Below the pieces are notes generated by a model. That model saw only the letters and a program-made list of their open reading frames with translations. It made no database searches and had not been told where the DNA came from. The position numbers and the translations under genes were made by a program. A DNA stretch of 64,000 nucleotides, taken from the IMG/VR virus record IMGVR_UViG_3300028586_000757, one strand, 5' to 3'. This stretch comes from an uncultured virus (IMG/VR IMGVR_UViG_3300028586_000757) (lineage: Duplodnaviria > Heunggongvirae > Uroviricota > Caudoviricetes). This document shows, one piece after another, positions 48,292 to 58,804 of the stretch (positions within the stretch are counted from its first letter, which is position 1; each line of letters begins with the position of its first letter).

Positions 48292-49836
48292 TCAGAGCTT
48301 TTCGACTTTCACTGCCGGATAGCAGTAGCGCACGAGCCGGGTGTCGAGCGCCTGAAGGGCCGGACGCTTGCAGACTGTCTGCAGCCACCTACGAAGCTTG
48401 CTGTTGACACGAGCGAACTCATCTACCACCTCGTCTGGCAGCCGGCTTGGGCCCAAATAGGGAAACTGCGTGGGGCTGACGTCCAGGCAGATGGCCGAAA
48501 CACCGTCTGCGAGGCTCTGGCAGTGAGCCAGTACGGCTTCGAGCAGCAGCGTAGAGTTGTTGCGCTTACGCGCGACGGTAGACAGCTCGAGAAGCTCCAC
48601 GTGAAATAGCGCGCCGCGGTCAAAGCACTGGGTAATTCGCGGGAAGGCTTCGGTAATCGACTCTGCCAGTTCCATCGCGTCTTGAGACAGACTGTCGGCT
48701 ACCATCAAGAAGTCCATTCGCCCGACGCCCGGGCCCGCTGCCTCGTAGAGCCGACCATTGAGAAAACCAATATTTTCGCCTTGGTCAGTGCGAAGGTTTG
48801 CCCGGATGCGGGTCAGCCTGAATGCATCAGCGTACTCGTTAAGGTCCGGCAGGTGCATCACCTCAACAAGAAGGCCGGGGGCCACGTTGGTTGTGAGAAT
48901 TGCGGGAGGAAAGGGCGGTAGTGCGGTGTCGTCGTAGAGGCCTTCGTCCTCCTCTTCGTCATATTCACCGTCATCGTACCGTTCCGGCAGGCTAAGTCCC
49001 CGTCCAGTATTTCTGAAGGCGACCAATCCATCAGGCCCTGGCTCCTGGAAAAACAAATCCCACAAGGACTTGTGTTCGGCGTAGCGCAGAGCTTGTCCAT
49101 AGAGTCGTTCCGCCACCACGTCCTGGACCTTCTCCAGCGTGTCGCCTCGCTGAGAGGGGACGTACGTGTCGGCGCCAAGCAAACTGGCGGCTGTCGAGCA
49201 TAATGCATCGACGGCATCGTTTCCCCGCACCAGTTCTTCCCTGAGCTTTTCTCCGGCCGTGCGCCGCTTCAGGGGCTGCCCAACCAAGGACAGCTCTGGC
49301 GCGAGCTGAAGATTCAGGGCGGACGCAAACTTGATTTGCTTGAGCGACCCCAGCAGACCCGCTGTCGGGTTTTCCAGCAGTTTTTGCACGATGTAGCGGA
49401 CATTGCTCCTTACCTCCGCATCGAGCCGGCTTGCATCTTTTGGCCAAGCCAGGTTGATGGCGTGCTCAACGTCCGTGTCACCTGGCAAGGTAATCGACGA
49501 AGCTTTCCCGGTAAGTGCCCAATCCTCCAGCACATAAGGGACGTCGACAGGCTCAATACGGGGCAGCGCCAATAAGGCATCTCGCTGGATTCGCCAACGC
49601 GAGGCCTGTTCGGCCGGCGTTACGTGCTGCGAGAGCGCACTGGACGGAGGGTTGGTATTCAGGACCTCCTCCAAGGCATGCCAATCCTTGTGACCAAGCG
49701 CTCTAGCAGTCGTCTGCTGGGCCAGGGCCAATGAGATGTCGAGGTCCTTCACCAGCTTGCGAAGCAGTTTTGCTTTGGCCTTGGCGTAGTCGATGGACGT
49801 AGGGATGAACGGGGTACTGCTGACAGCGTGAGTCAT
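48292..49836 (-). CDS. PF20066-like N-terminal domain plus GNAT-like C-terminal region
   Basis: AKAKAKLLRK...ISLALAQQTTARALGHKDWHAL; C-terminal LFHVELLEL...R...LL...P.QF...KL. Confidence 0.65.
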   Translation of the reverse strand: MTHAVSSTPFIPTSIDYAKAKAKLLRKLVKDLDISLALAQQTTARALGHKDWHALEEVLNTNPPSSALSQHVTPAEQASRWRIQRDALLALPRIEPVDVPYVLEDWALTGKASSITLPGDTDVEHAINLAWPKDASRLDAEVRSNVRYIVQKLLENPTAGLLGSLKQIKFASALNLQLAPELSLVGQPLKRRTAGEKLREELVRGNDAVDALCSTAASLLGADTYVPSQRGDTLEKVQDVVAERLYGQALRYAEHKSLWDLFFQEPGPDGLVAFRNTGRGLSLPERYDDGEYDEEEDEGLYDDTALPPFPPAILTTNVAPGLLVEVMHLPDLNEYADAFRLTRIRANLRTDQGENIGFLNGRLYEAAGPGVGRMDFLMVADSLSQDAMELAESITEAFPRITQCFDRGALFHVELLELSTVARKRNNSTLLLEAVLAHCQSLADGVSAICLDVSPTQFPYLGPSRLPDEVVDEFARVNSKLRRWLQTVCKRPALQALDTRLVRYCYPAVKVEKL

Positions 49837-50100
49837 GCGCGGCTCCTAAACGTTGTCGAAAGCTCGTGTCGGCTCCGAGCCTTCGCTGCCTAGGGGCGGA
49901 TAATGGAAAACGCAATAGGCGGTGCAATGCTCCACTGCTAAAAGCTTGTGCATGCCGACGCACTATGCGACCAGGAGTCAGGCCGTGCGACGAGGATACC
50001 AGAAGAGTTGCCGGGCGAACAAGCACAGGTGAATGCTACCGACAAAGAAAAGTCCTCCTGGCAGATGCACAGGAGGACTCAAGAATGTGTTGTGCGGTGC

Positions 50101-50382
50101 TTATCCGCGATTGCGGGCGTTCGCGTCGTCCACGGCCTTCTGAACCATGGCGTCTGCTTCGTCCGCGAGCTGGCGCAGAACGTCTGAGGGAATGAAGGCA
50201 GGCATGTCCGACCGCCCCATCATCACGCCGATGCCAGCATAGACAACGTTGCCATCTGGTTCCTGGTGGACTTGCATAGACAGCTCCACCTCAAAGCCCT
50301 CGATATCGCCGTTGAACCGGTTGATGAAGTCGACAGCGCTCACTTGCTCGTCGACGGGCTCATTGTTTTCTGTAGTTGGCAT
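50101..50382 (-). CDS. Small acidic hypothetical protein
   Basis: AAGGA RBS. Confidence 0.65.
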   Translation of the reverse strand: MPTTENNEPVDEQVSAVDFINRFNGDIEGFEVELSMQVHQEPDGNVVYAGIGVMMGRSDMPAFIPSDVLRQLADEADAMVQKAVDDANARNRG

Positions 50383-50408
50383 AAATTGTCCTTGGGTGAG
50401 TTCAGGAG

Positions 50409-50744
50409 TTAGGCCAGCGCTTCGCGAATGAGGCGCTGAGCCAGCAGGGCGGCTTCGTCGCTCGGGCCGTCAAAGCCGCCGGCACTTTGCAGCTCGTCAT
50501 GGCATTTGGCGATGAGGTCGGCGCAATAACGGCCCATCTCCTGCAGTTCTTCCGATTCCGCGCTTTGCGGCAGCGGGATGTCGAATTGTGACGCCAGGCG
50601 GTGCGCCATATCGCGCTCGAAGCTGTTTTCGACCAGCTGGTCCTTCAGCGCCACCATGAAGATGAATTCTGGGGCGCTTCGGAGTGAGCTGTTGGAAAGC
50701 ACGTGCAACGTCTTGAGAAATTGCTTGGGGGTCTGGTTGTTCAT
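50409..50744 (-). CDS. Hypothetical protein
   Basis: AGGA RBS. Confidence 0.65.
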   Translation of the reverse strand: MNNQTPKQFLKTLHVLSNSSLRSAPEFIFMVALKDQLVENSFERDMAHRLASQFDIPLPQSAESEELQEMGRYCADLIAKCHDELQSAGGFDGPSDEAALLAQRLIREALA

Positions 50745-50831
50745 GCGGTTGTCCTGATAGATGAGGGAAGGCTTTCGCCTGACTTGAACAGTATAGGAGC
50801 TGCGCTTGGCACAGCCGCTAGAGTCATCTCG

Positions 50832-50866
50832 AAAAAACGCCTACCGGAGAGGTAGGCGTTGAATGG
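50832..50866 (-). terminator. Representative of a dispersed terminator family AAAAACGCCTACC-loop-GGTAGGCGT(T)GAATGG
   Basis: Related copies at 3129, 47259, 51751, 57385, 58744, each downstream of a minus-strand gene. Confidence 0.8.
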
Positions 50867-50869
50867 AGC

Positions 50870-51679
50870 TTAGCAAAGCCAAGCGGTGACTTCGACATCT
50901 TCTGACACACTGCGGACGACTTCTCCGCGCAGGTCCTGCATTACCAGGTGAAACTTGTGGCGCGCGTGGTTGCGGCCGCCCGTGACACGCTCAACGAACG
51001 CGAATGGAGAGAGGGTCCGGAGTGGGCCCTCGACCCAGCGGCTGGGCTCAAAGAACGGCACAATCCCCGCAAATGCGCCTGCGGTGAGAAGCCGAGGCTC
51101 ATGCACAACCGTGCTTCCGCCGGCGAGAGATGCGAGCTTGACGTGTTTCAGGGCTGCGGAATCGACACGGTGCTTAACGAGCTTGCCGTCTTCGCGTCGG
51201 CCCAGCGTCAGCTTCCCCTTACGGTTGTCGTACACGAATGCGCCGCCTTTGGAGAAGGGCGAGCCATTGTCGTCCTGGTCGAAGACCAGGATTTCGCCAG
51301 GTTCGATACCTCGCAGGACCGCCGTGGGATTGGCAGCAAACAAGGTCTCGCTTAAGGCCGCGTACAGCGCCAGCACGTTGTGCGGGGCGCCGGCACGATG
51401 CGACTCACGGTCATACGACGGGGCTTTGTGGCCCAGGGGCTGGCCGACGAGCAGGGGAGCATCGAGAGCGATTTCGACATCCTTCAGGGCGTAGAACCGG
51501 TCTTCACGCATGAGTACGCGCTGGTACACATAGGCTTTGGCCTTCTCGAAATGCTGGGTGCACAGGAAAACCTGGCCCAATGCAGGAGCACGGGTGTCTT
51601 CCGGTACGTAGCATTGCTGAATGACCGACTCACTATTGAGCAAGTACAGTTCGCCAATGGCTGGGGTAGTTGCAGGCAT
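50870..51679 (-). CDS. Hypothetical protein
   Basis: AAGGA RBS; CTACAG-N5-AGGTCAA upstream; terminator at 50832-50860. Confidence 0.7.
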   Translation of the reverse strand: MPATTPAIGELYLLNSESVIQQCYVPEDTRAPALGQVFLCTQHFEKAKAYVYQRVLMREDRFYALKDVEIALDAPLLVGQPLGHKAPSYDRESHRAGAPHNVLALYAALSETLFAANPTAVLRGIEPGEILVFDQDDNGSPFSKGGAFVYDNRKGKLTLGRREDGKLVKHRVDSAALKHVKLASLAGGSTVVHEPRLLTAGAFAGIVPFFEPSRWVEGPLRTLSPFAFVERVTGGRNHARHKFHLVMQDLRGEVVRSVSEDVEVTAWLC

Positions 51680-51813
51680 GGTAATCCTTCCTATAAATTT
51701 GACCTATCTCCTGTAGCGAAGTTGTTCTCGCCGGCTACTCGTGCACAAAGAAAAACGCCTACTTCGGTAGGCGTTTTTCAGTGCAGCAGGCCGAGGGTTG
51801 GCCGGCAAATGCA

Positions 51814-54800
51814 TTACTCGCGCGTGCAGGTCTGGAAGACCGATGTGGTAGTTCCGCTCATCACGAGAGTTCCGTTGGATGAGATAGCAACTCCTGTGCG
51901 GGCTGAAGAGGTTCCGCCGGACGCCCACATGTATGGCCAATTTGGCCGTACCGATGCATCGACCAACGCTAGCGCGTGAAGCTCAGCCTCGGTGCCCAAC
52001 CGCCAGCCCGATACGCCACCCGTTGTCATCGAGAGGCAGCCTGAATTGGAGATGTCCCAGGTGGTGGAGCCTGACGGCTTCGGCGTCCAGGCCCGGCCAC
52101 CTACTACCAGGGCGCCGCCTGGCGCAGTGACGGTCAGGGTAGCTGTTGCAGTGCCTGCCGCAAAATCGGCCGATTCTGCTTGGGTCACAGTAACCGCAAA
52201 TGCGCCTGTTGCGTTGATTGTGGCGGTGCTTCCTGCCACAGTCAGCTTAGCAGCTGATAGCGTAGTGGAATACGTCAGAGCTCCCGTGCTATTGGAACTA
52301 GCCGATAGGGCAACCGGTGCAATCCGGAGCGGATTGTATTGATACGACTGGGCCGGGATATTGAAGACAATGGTCGGCGCGCCCTTGGTCACCGTAAACA
52401 AAGCCGTTGCGGTGCTGCTACCGTAGAGGCCTGAGGCCTGCTGTACGGCAGTAAATGTCGCAGTTCCGCGGCCAGTAATCGTAACAGTATCTCCGGAAAT
52501 GGTGGCCACGGCGGGGTTATCACTCGAATACACGAATGTTCCCGGGCTATCTGACTTGGGAGGTGTCAAGGCGAAAGGGGCACTGCCGTAGGTTTTTGCA
52601 GGAACGGACCAGGCGCCCAGCGTAGGAGCTTTCGACAGCGCACTCGCTTGCAGGGTACGCGAGACGGAAGCACCCTTCGTTGATGTCGCGCTAACCACGC
52701 CGGACAGCGCTCCGTCGGTAGACGGCCTCACGTTCACGATAATGGTGCAAGCCGCGTTCGCCGAAAGAGAAGTGCCAGCTGCACACGTTCCGCCAGCATA
52801 GGTGAAGCCCGCACCGGAGACGGTTGGCGCCGCTTTGACGGTGTCTGCAATCGGGGCGGTATTTCGCAGCACGAAGGTGCGAGCAGTATCCGCGTTCACA
52901 GGCACAATACCGTAGTCTGCGCTAGGCGCAGCGTCGAACGTGAACGAGGGAGCCGGTGCCGAGCCTGTCAGCGCCAGGCGCACTGGTCCGTTGACAAGTG
53001 TCCCGGAAGACTCGAGAACGGCATCTATCAGCGTCCCTGGCGAAGCTGGAACATACTTTACGGTGATTGCGCATGTGCCACCTGGTGTGACCGTCACCGG
53101 CGCGCCGTTCGTACCGCAGGCGTTTGAGAGCAAGGACAAGCCGGCACCACTCACGGATGTGACCAGATTACGAACGGACGCGTCGCCAGTGTTCTTGAAG
53201 GTAAAGCTGCGCTGAGCAGATGTGCCCGGTTCTACCGTCCCGAAACTGGTCGAGGTAACAGCAGTCAACACACCAGATGCGGCTGTTCCCTTACCTGCCA
53301 AGTCAAAGTAATGCTTGCCACTGTCGCTCAGGAGGGCAACGCCCCCTGTGCGCGGGCCGCTCTGGCTCGGAGCAAACTGTAGGCTGAGCGTGCAGTACTC
53401 GCCGGGCTGCAGCACACTGCCGCAGTTGTTCGTCATGCGGAAGTCATCCGGGCCATCCAGGAGAGATAGCCCCAGAATGGTCAGTGGCCCCGTGCCTTTG
53501 TTGCTGAACTTGACGTTGCGCACCGCGCTTACCTGGCCGTACTCGGTGGCCAGGAAATTGATAGCGTAGTGGGTAAAACCATCTGGCGTCGCTACTGGCG
53601 TTACGGTGCCAGGCGACCCGTCTCCCGTGTCCGGAGTCGGGTCCGGAGCAATATCAGCGACCGGTTTAGTGCCTTGTCCCGACATGCTGATGAAGTAGTC
53701 GCCCAACGAGCTCGTAACCGCCCAGGTGCCTGCGCTACCGTTGGTTGATTTCGGCGTCATTTTGAGGGTGACCGTGCAGCTGGCGCCGGCTGCCAGGGAA
53801 TTACCGCAGTCGTTCGATTGCGAGAACTCGGTTTCGCCCGATACGATGCTGGCGCCCGTAATTTCCGCTTGCTTGTTCGTCGGGTTGCTCAAGACGACAT
53901 CGACAGTTGGAGCGGATTGCCCAACGTTAGTGGGCGCAAAGCGCACCGAAGTTGGCGACAACGTCAGTTTGGGCGCCGCACCTACGCCGTCAAGGGCAAC
54001 GCGTACTAGCGTCGAGCCATAGCCAACTGCAGTGAGTTCCCCGTGAAGAGTGCCCGCCGTTGTGGGGGTGAACCGGACGGTAGCCGTGCAGCTGGCGCCG
54101 GCGGCAAGCGTCGTTCCACAATTGTTGGATTGGTTAAATGCACTGCGGCCCGACACGACGTCAATACCGTCAAGGGGCAGCTCGTCCGTACCCCGATTGG
54201 TAATCGTGACAGACTGGTCCGGCGCGGACTCGTTCAGCCAGGTTGAAGGGTACTGGAGTGCAGACGGGGACGCTGCAACCGAGATAGCTCGGCCTGTGAC
54301 GTCCACGGTTGGCGAACCTGCGTTATCAGAAGTAATTTGCAGCGTTGCAGCAAAAGGCCCCGTGCTGTCAGGCGTGTACTGCAGCGATACCGTGCAGGAC
54401 TGCATCGACGAGAGCTTGTTGCCGCAGTCGCTTGAGTCCACGGCCAAGGCAGTTCCGGTTGACTGGAATGACAGTCCCGTCACCAAGACGTTTCCGGTAT
54501 TGGATAGGGTTACATTACGCACGGGCGTCGAATCAGGGAAGACAATGTTGCCAAATTGGATGCTTGCCGTGCTGAGCGAGAGGGCCACCTTTTGGCCTGT
54601 GCCGGTCAAGCTGATTGCGGTCGAATCCCCCGCTGCCGGCGTAACCCTCAGTTCACCCGAGCTATCTGCAGTTCCCGTTGGGATGAAACCAACGGATACG
54701 ATGCAGGAGCCGCGGGCTGGAATAGACGTTCCGCAGTCGTTCTCTTGCTGGAATACGTTTGGCGATGTCGTGATGGACTTGAGCCCCATCGCGATAGCGC

Positions 54801-57234
54801 CAGGGTTGGTCACTGTCACTGACTTGACCGCACGCTGGCCAATATCGACGCGGCCGAAGCCTAGGGAGGTGGGGGAGAGCGCCGGGCGGGCATCCTGTCC
54901 TTGGCCCGCGAGTGCAATATGGTATGTGCCAATGCTGCTCACGAGCGACCAGGTGCCGTCGAAGCCAGCTGCAGCCGTTGGCGTCATCTGGAGAGAGACA
55001 GTGCAGTTTGCGCCGGCGCCAAGCACCGTGCCGCAATTGTTCGACTGGCTAAAGACCGACTGTCCGCTGCTAATACTCATGCCCGTCAAGGCCACCGAAT
55101 TGCGGGTCGGATTGCTGAGCGTCACGTCAATTGGCTGCGACGGTTGGCGGATGTACGAGCTCGGGAACGCCACCGACGTGCGCGAAAGCGAAAGCCAGGA
55201 CGGTAGGCCCGTTCCGGTCAGCGGCACGTTCACCAAACCGGAGCCGTAAGCCGCTACGCTCAAGGCTCCGTTGGATGCGCCAGCAGAGCGGGGAACGAAC
55301 TTAACGGCCACCATGCAGCTGCTACCTGCTCCCAGGCTTGTGCCGCAGTTGTTGGCCTGCAGGTAGTCGCCTGCTGCGACGCTCACGCCGTCCAGAGGTA
55401 CCTCATCCGGGCCTGCGTTGGTGACAGTAACCGCTTGGTTGACGGTACTTTGGCCCACTTCAGTATCTTCAAACGTGAGGGATGTCGGCGAAGACGTCAA
55501 TTTGACGACTGCACCAGAGAGCGAGACAGTGGCGCTACCTGCATCCGAAAGGATTTGCAGGCTCGAGGAAATGACACCCAGACCGCTTGGGGTGTACCGC
55601 AGCATTAGAGAGCAGCTCTTGTTCGCGCCCAGGATAGCCGTGCAGTCACCGTAATCAATGGCCAGGCGAGAGTCATTGTTCGATACTGCCAGGCCGGTCA
55701 GCGGGATGTTTCCGCTGTTGACGATAGAGACCGAGCGGGACACGGTTCCAGATGGCCAAGGTAGGGCGCCGAGGCGAAGCGCGGTGGGAGAGACCAACAG
55801 CATGGCTTGCTGACCGACGCCTTCAAGCGCCAGGGGTGTAGAAGCACCTTCGCTGTCGACGCGCACTCGGCCGCTGCGTGCGCCCGCGGATTTGGGCGTA
55901 AAGGTGACTGTTACCATGCAAGATGCCTGAGGCGCAATGGTGTCGCCGCAGTCATTGGACTGCTGGTATACGTCGGAACTAACGTCGATGCCAAGGCTTT
56001 TTACCGTAATCGCTTTGGCGCTCGGATTGCTCAGGACGGCCGTCTTGGTGGCGCTTTGACCAACCATCACTTCAGCAAAGTTCAGCGTACTAGGCGAGAT
56101 AACTGGCACCGGCGCGTCACCAGCACCTTTGACGGTCCCTTGAAGCATCAGATGGCCGCGGACCTCTGCTTGTGCGCCCACTACCAGGTCATATGCTGGC
56201 GCTGTTCCCGCCTTAAGCGCGGTGAACCCGACATGCAGATTGCACGATGCGCCTATTTCCAGCGTCGAGGGACAATCACTGGAGACCGAAAAATCCGGGT
56301 TTGAAGCGAGCCCCGTCAGTTCCGCCGGCGCGGTACCCCGATTTGTCAGCACGGCAGTCTTGTTGGCATGAGCCCCGACATCGAGCGCGTCAAACTGCAA
56401 CGAGCTCGGCGAGAATGCCAAGACGGGTACGATAGCCGGGTCCTTGTTCACCTTGGCGTAAAAGGTAAGCGGGATTGCAGAGGTGCTCGGCAGCTCTGTT
56501 GCACCGACTCGCAAAGTCACGCTGTGTGTTTTCGGTACATACGAGGAGAAACTCGCAGTAACAGTGCAAGACGCTTTCTCGGGTAGTTGAGCAGGGCAGT
56601 CACTCGTAATGGAAAACGCGTCTTTAGATGTGAGGCCTGTCAGCGCGGCTGGCGCGTTGCCGGTGTTTTTTAGTGTTGCAGACGTGCTCGCTTGCGCGCC
56701 CGGGCCCAGCTCTCCCAGGTAGACGGGAGACTCACTCACCTGCAAGCGAGGCGCGATACCTGTGAACGGTTCTACGGTTGCCAGCTGCACCGCGACGGGT
56801 GCGTCGATTTCAGCTGCGCCAAGCGACAGGCTGTATCGAACGCCAGGCTGTACTGTCGTCGGGGTGACGGAGATAGTGCAGGAGCTAGAGGGTTTGAGCA
56901 GGGTGGGGCAATTGTGCTTTATTGCAAAATCGTCACTATCTCCGATGCTCGTCAAGGTGGCTGGGCGAAAGCCTGCATTTGTCAGCAACACATTCTGGCT
57001 TACCGGTGCTGCGTTCTCTTCTACCTCAAACTGCAAGATATCGGTAGAGACTAGCAGCTGCACTGGTTCGTCGTCGAGCTCCACATCACCATCACCCGCA
57101 CCCGGCGCCGTTTTGGTTGGCTTCAGGTCACGAAGGGGAATCCGATACTCCGTTGCCAGAACAGGCTGGATGGTCAGGATTCCCGCGAGAAGATGAGTGA
57201 TGAAAACGCTGAAGCGGTTATGGCGAAGAAACAT
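51814..57234 (-). CDS. Giant secreted adhesin: ~14 ASH/choice-of-anchor-D Ig repeats, two Big-like domains, C-terminal invasin/DUF1566-like lectin domain
   Basis: Signal peptide VLA; 14 counted L.F..V.VG...N.G...C...L..G.SC.V.V.F.P units; tip TW..S...C...WRLGTEAEL..L. Confidence 0.9.
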   Translation of the reverse strand: MFLRHNRFSVFITHLLAGILTIQPVLATEYRIPLRDLKPTKTAPGAGDGDVELDDEPVQLLVSTDILQFEVEENAAPVSQNVLLTNAGFRPATLTSIGDSDDFAIKHNCPTLLKPSSSCTISVTPTTVQPGVRYSLSLGAAEIDAPVAVQLATVEPFTGIAPRLQVSESPVYLGELGPGAQASTSATLKNTGNAPAALTGLTSKDAFSITSDCPAQLPEKASCTVTASFSSYVPKTHSVTLRVGATELPSTSAIPLTFYAKVNKDPAIVPVLAFSPSSLQFDALDVGAHANKTAVLTNRGTAPAELTGLASNPDFSVSSDCPSTLEIGASCNLHVGFTALKAGTAPAYDLVVGAQAEVRGHLMLQGTVKGAGDAPVPVISPSTLNFAEVMVGQSATKTAVLSNPSAKAITVKSLGIDVSSDVYQQSNDCGDTIAPQASCMVTVTFTPKSAGARSGRVRVDSEGASTPLALEGVGQQAMLLVSPTALRLGALPWPSGTVSRSVSIVNSGNIPLTGLAVSNNDSRLAIDYGDCTAILGANKSCSLMLRYTPSGLGVISSSLQILSDAGSATVSLSGAVVKLTSSPTSLTFEDTEVGQSTVNQAVTVTNAGPDEVPLDGVSVAAGDYLQANNCGTSLGAGSSCMVAVKFVPRSAGASNGALSVAAYGSGLVNVPLTGTGLPSWLSLSRTSVAFPSSYIRQPSQPIDVTLSNPTRNSVALTGMSISSGQSVFSQSNNCGTVLGAGANCTVSLQMTPTAAAGFDGTWSLVSSIGTYHIALAGQGQDARPALSPTSLGFGRVDIGQRAVKSVTVTNPGAIAMGLKSITTSPNVFQQENDCGTSIPARGSCIVSVGFIPTGTADSSGELRVTPAAGDSTAISLTGTGQKVALSLSTASIQFGNIVFPDSTPVRNVTLSNTGNVLVTGLSFQSTGTALAVDSSDCGNKLSSMQSCTVSLQYTPDSTGPFAATLQITSDNAGSPTVDVTGRAISVAASPSALQYPSTWLNESAPDQSVTITNRGTDELPLDGIDVVSGRSAFNQSNNCGTTLAAGASCTATVRFTPTTAGTLHGELTAVGYGSTLVRVALDGVGAAPKLTLSPTSVRFAPTNVGQSAPTVDVVLSNPTNKQAEITGASIVSGETEFSQSNDCGNSLAAGASCTVTLKMTPKSTNGSAGTWAVTSSLGDYFISMSGQGTKPVADIAPDPTPDTGDGSPGTVTPVATPDGFTHYAINFLATEYGQVSAVRNVKFSNKGTGPLTILGLSLLDGPDDFRMTNNCGSVLQPGEYCTLSLQFAPSQSGPRTGGVALLSDSGKHYFDLAGKGTAASGVLTAVTSTSFGTVEPGTSAQRSFTFKNTGDASVRNLVTSVSGAGLSLLSNACGTNGAPVTVTPGGTCAITVKYVPASPGTLIDAVLESSGTLVNGPVRLALTGSAPAPSFTFDAAPSADYGIVPVNADTARTFVLRNTAPIADTVKAAPTVSGAGFTYAGGTCAAGTSLSANAACTIIVNVRPSTDGALSGVVSATSTKGASVSRTLQASALSKAPTLGAWSVPAKTYGSAPFALTPPKSDSPGTFVYSSDNPAVATISGDTVTITGRGTATFTAVQQASGLYGSSTATALFTVTKGAPTIVFNIPAQSYQYNPLRIAPVALSASSNSTGALTYSTTLSAAKLTVAGSTATINATGAFAVTVTQAESADFAAGTATATLTVTAPGGALVVGGRAWTPKPSGSTTWDISNSGCLSMTTGGVSGWRLGTEAELHALALVDASVRPNWPYMWASGGTSSARTGVAISSNGTLVMSGTTTSVFQTCTRE

Positions 57235-57420
57235 TCGATTATCCAGAGGTACGGTTTGTGGCCGAGGTGACTTTTCAGGGATGTATGGGTCACCAAGATA
57301 TAGCGCACCACGTTTATTGAGGCTCGAGCGCTCGTCTTAAAATGTCTTCGTCTGGCCAAGCGGTTGTGCCTGCCCTCAGACAAGAAAAAACGCCTACCGA
57401 GAGGTAGGCGTCTGAATGGA

Positions 57421-57801
57421 TTAGTGCGTGAACTGTTCTGAATCGCTCTTGCGCTCGGGTGGGCAGTAGCAGCCCTTATTAGCGCTTTCCTGGTCGTCCG
57501 GAGCTGATGCGGCCATCTCCAGGAGGTCGTTCATGTCTTGGTGAAGCTTTTCGTCTCGCATCTTGGCTGCGTCAGCCCGGATAAGGGTACGCACTTCAAC
57601 ACGACGCGCATCCGTCTTTCGAGACTCGGCTACTGCGTCCGGATAGCGCCAGTGCGGGCAATCCACCTTGCATTGCCCGTCGGCATGCAGCGTAGCTGCC
57701 ATATCACAGCCGTCCAGGTCGTTCTCGTCCAGCACACATCCTTCGGAGCCGTCGTCACCGTCGATGAAGCAGCGGCGGTCGTCGTCTTGCTCTGTTCGCA
57801 T
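57421..57801 (-). CDS. Cys-rich hypothetical protein
   Basis: AAGGA RBS; C...C...C...C...CPHW. Confidence 0.65.
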   Translation of the reverse strand: MRTEQDDDRRCFIDGDDGSEGCVLDENDLDGCDMAATLHADGQCKVDCPHWRYPDAVAESRKTDARRVEVRTLIRADAAKMRDEKLHQDMNDLLEMAASAPDDQESANKGCYCPPERKSDSEQFTH

Positions 57802-57823
57802 ATCCGTCCTTAGTTCGGTGCGA

Positions 57824-58258
57824 TTACGCGGCGGCGCCGGCGGAGACCTCTGCGGTCTTGCGCGACGCGCGTTTGGCGGCCTGTTCGGCTGCTTTCTTGC
57901 GTTGGTCGTAGACCGTCAGCTTGGGCATCATGCGCTGCATCCACTGGTTCAGGCGATACAGGTCCTCGATTGGCAGGGCGTTCCAGTAGGTGGTCACCAG
58001 GCCGCCGGCGAAACCGTCGGTGATGACGCCTTCCTCAGTAAATCCCTCGAAGGTGTCCAGAACCATGCCGCCGCGCAGCGTGTATGACTTATCGGTCAGC
58101 TTGCCATTTTCGTCGCGGGGCACCCAGACCTTCAGGGCTTCACGACGGTCGGTGGCCGGGTGCTTGACGTATCCGGATTCCCAGAAAAAGCCTTTTACTT
58201 GTGCGAGGATGGCTGCGACCAGCGCTTTACGCTCTTTAGCAAATTGTGCAGGAGTCAT
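57824..58258 (-). CDS. Hypothetical protein
   Basis: TAAGGA RBS. Confidence 0.7.
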   Translation of the reverse strand: MTPAQFAKERKALVAAILAQVKGFFWESGYVKHPATDRREALKVWVPRDENGKLTDKSYTLRGGMVLDTFEGFTEEGVITDGFAGGLVTTYWNALPIEDLYRLNQWMQRMMPKLTVYDQRKKAAEQAAKRASRKTAEVSAGAAA

Positions 58259-58285
58259 GTTTTTCCTTATGAGTAATCGGTTGGG

Positions 58286-58672
58286 TCAGATGGCCAGCAT
58301 GTCTTGTGCTTCAGTCGACATTTCGCGCAACTGTTCCAGGATTTCCAGAACTTTGCTACCGGCGACCATCACCTCGAAGCGCAGCAGGTTTTCCAGGCCG
58401 TCGCGGTCCGCCAGGTCGGTCCAGGTCAGGTTGTAGGTGCGGCAGCCTTGGCGAACGTTTGCAAAACCACGCTTGGCGCCTTCTTCGTCCACATTACCCA
58501 GAGTCAATTGAATGCGTTCCGGCGTAGCGCTGACAACGATTTCTCGCCACAGGTGGTCGCGCACCAGACTGCTCATGCCAGAACGCGAGTGGCGCTGCTG
58601 TTCTTCGCGTACGCGGGCAACTTCTTCGTCGCTTTCGAGGCAAACGATTTTCTTGATGGTGATGCTGTTCAT
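58286..58672 (-). CDS. Hypothetical protein
   Basis: AAGGA RBS; CTACAC-N6-AGGACAA upstream. Confidence 0.7.
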   Translation of the reverse strand: MNSITIKKIVCLESDEEVARVREEQQRHSRSGMSSLVRDHLWREIVVSATPERIQLTLGNVDEEGAKRGFANVRQGCRTYNLTWTDLADRDGLENLLRFEVMVAGSKVLEILEQLREMSTEAQDMLAI

Positions 58673-58804
58673 GGCTTGTCCTTGTTGAAATTGTCCTATC
58701 AAGGTGTAGCCACGGCCCCCTGCAGCGATTTCGCGGCCGCAAGAAAAACGCCCACCTAGAGGTGAGCGCTGTGAAGAAGAGGTAGGTGGCCAGTCGCCCG
58801 GAGC

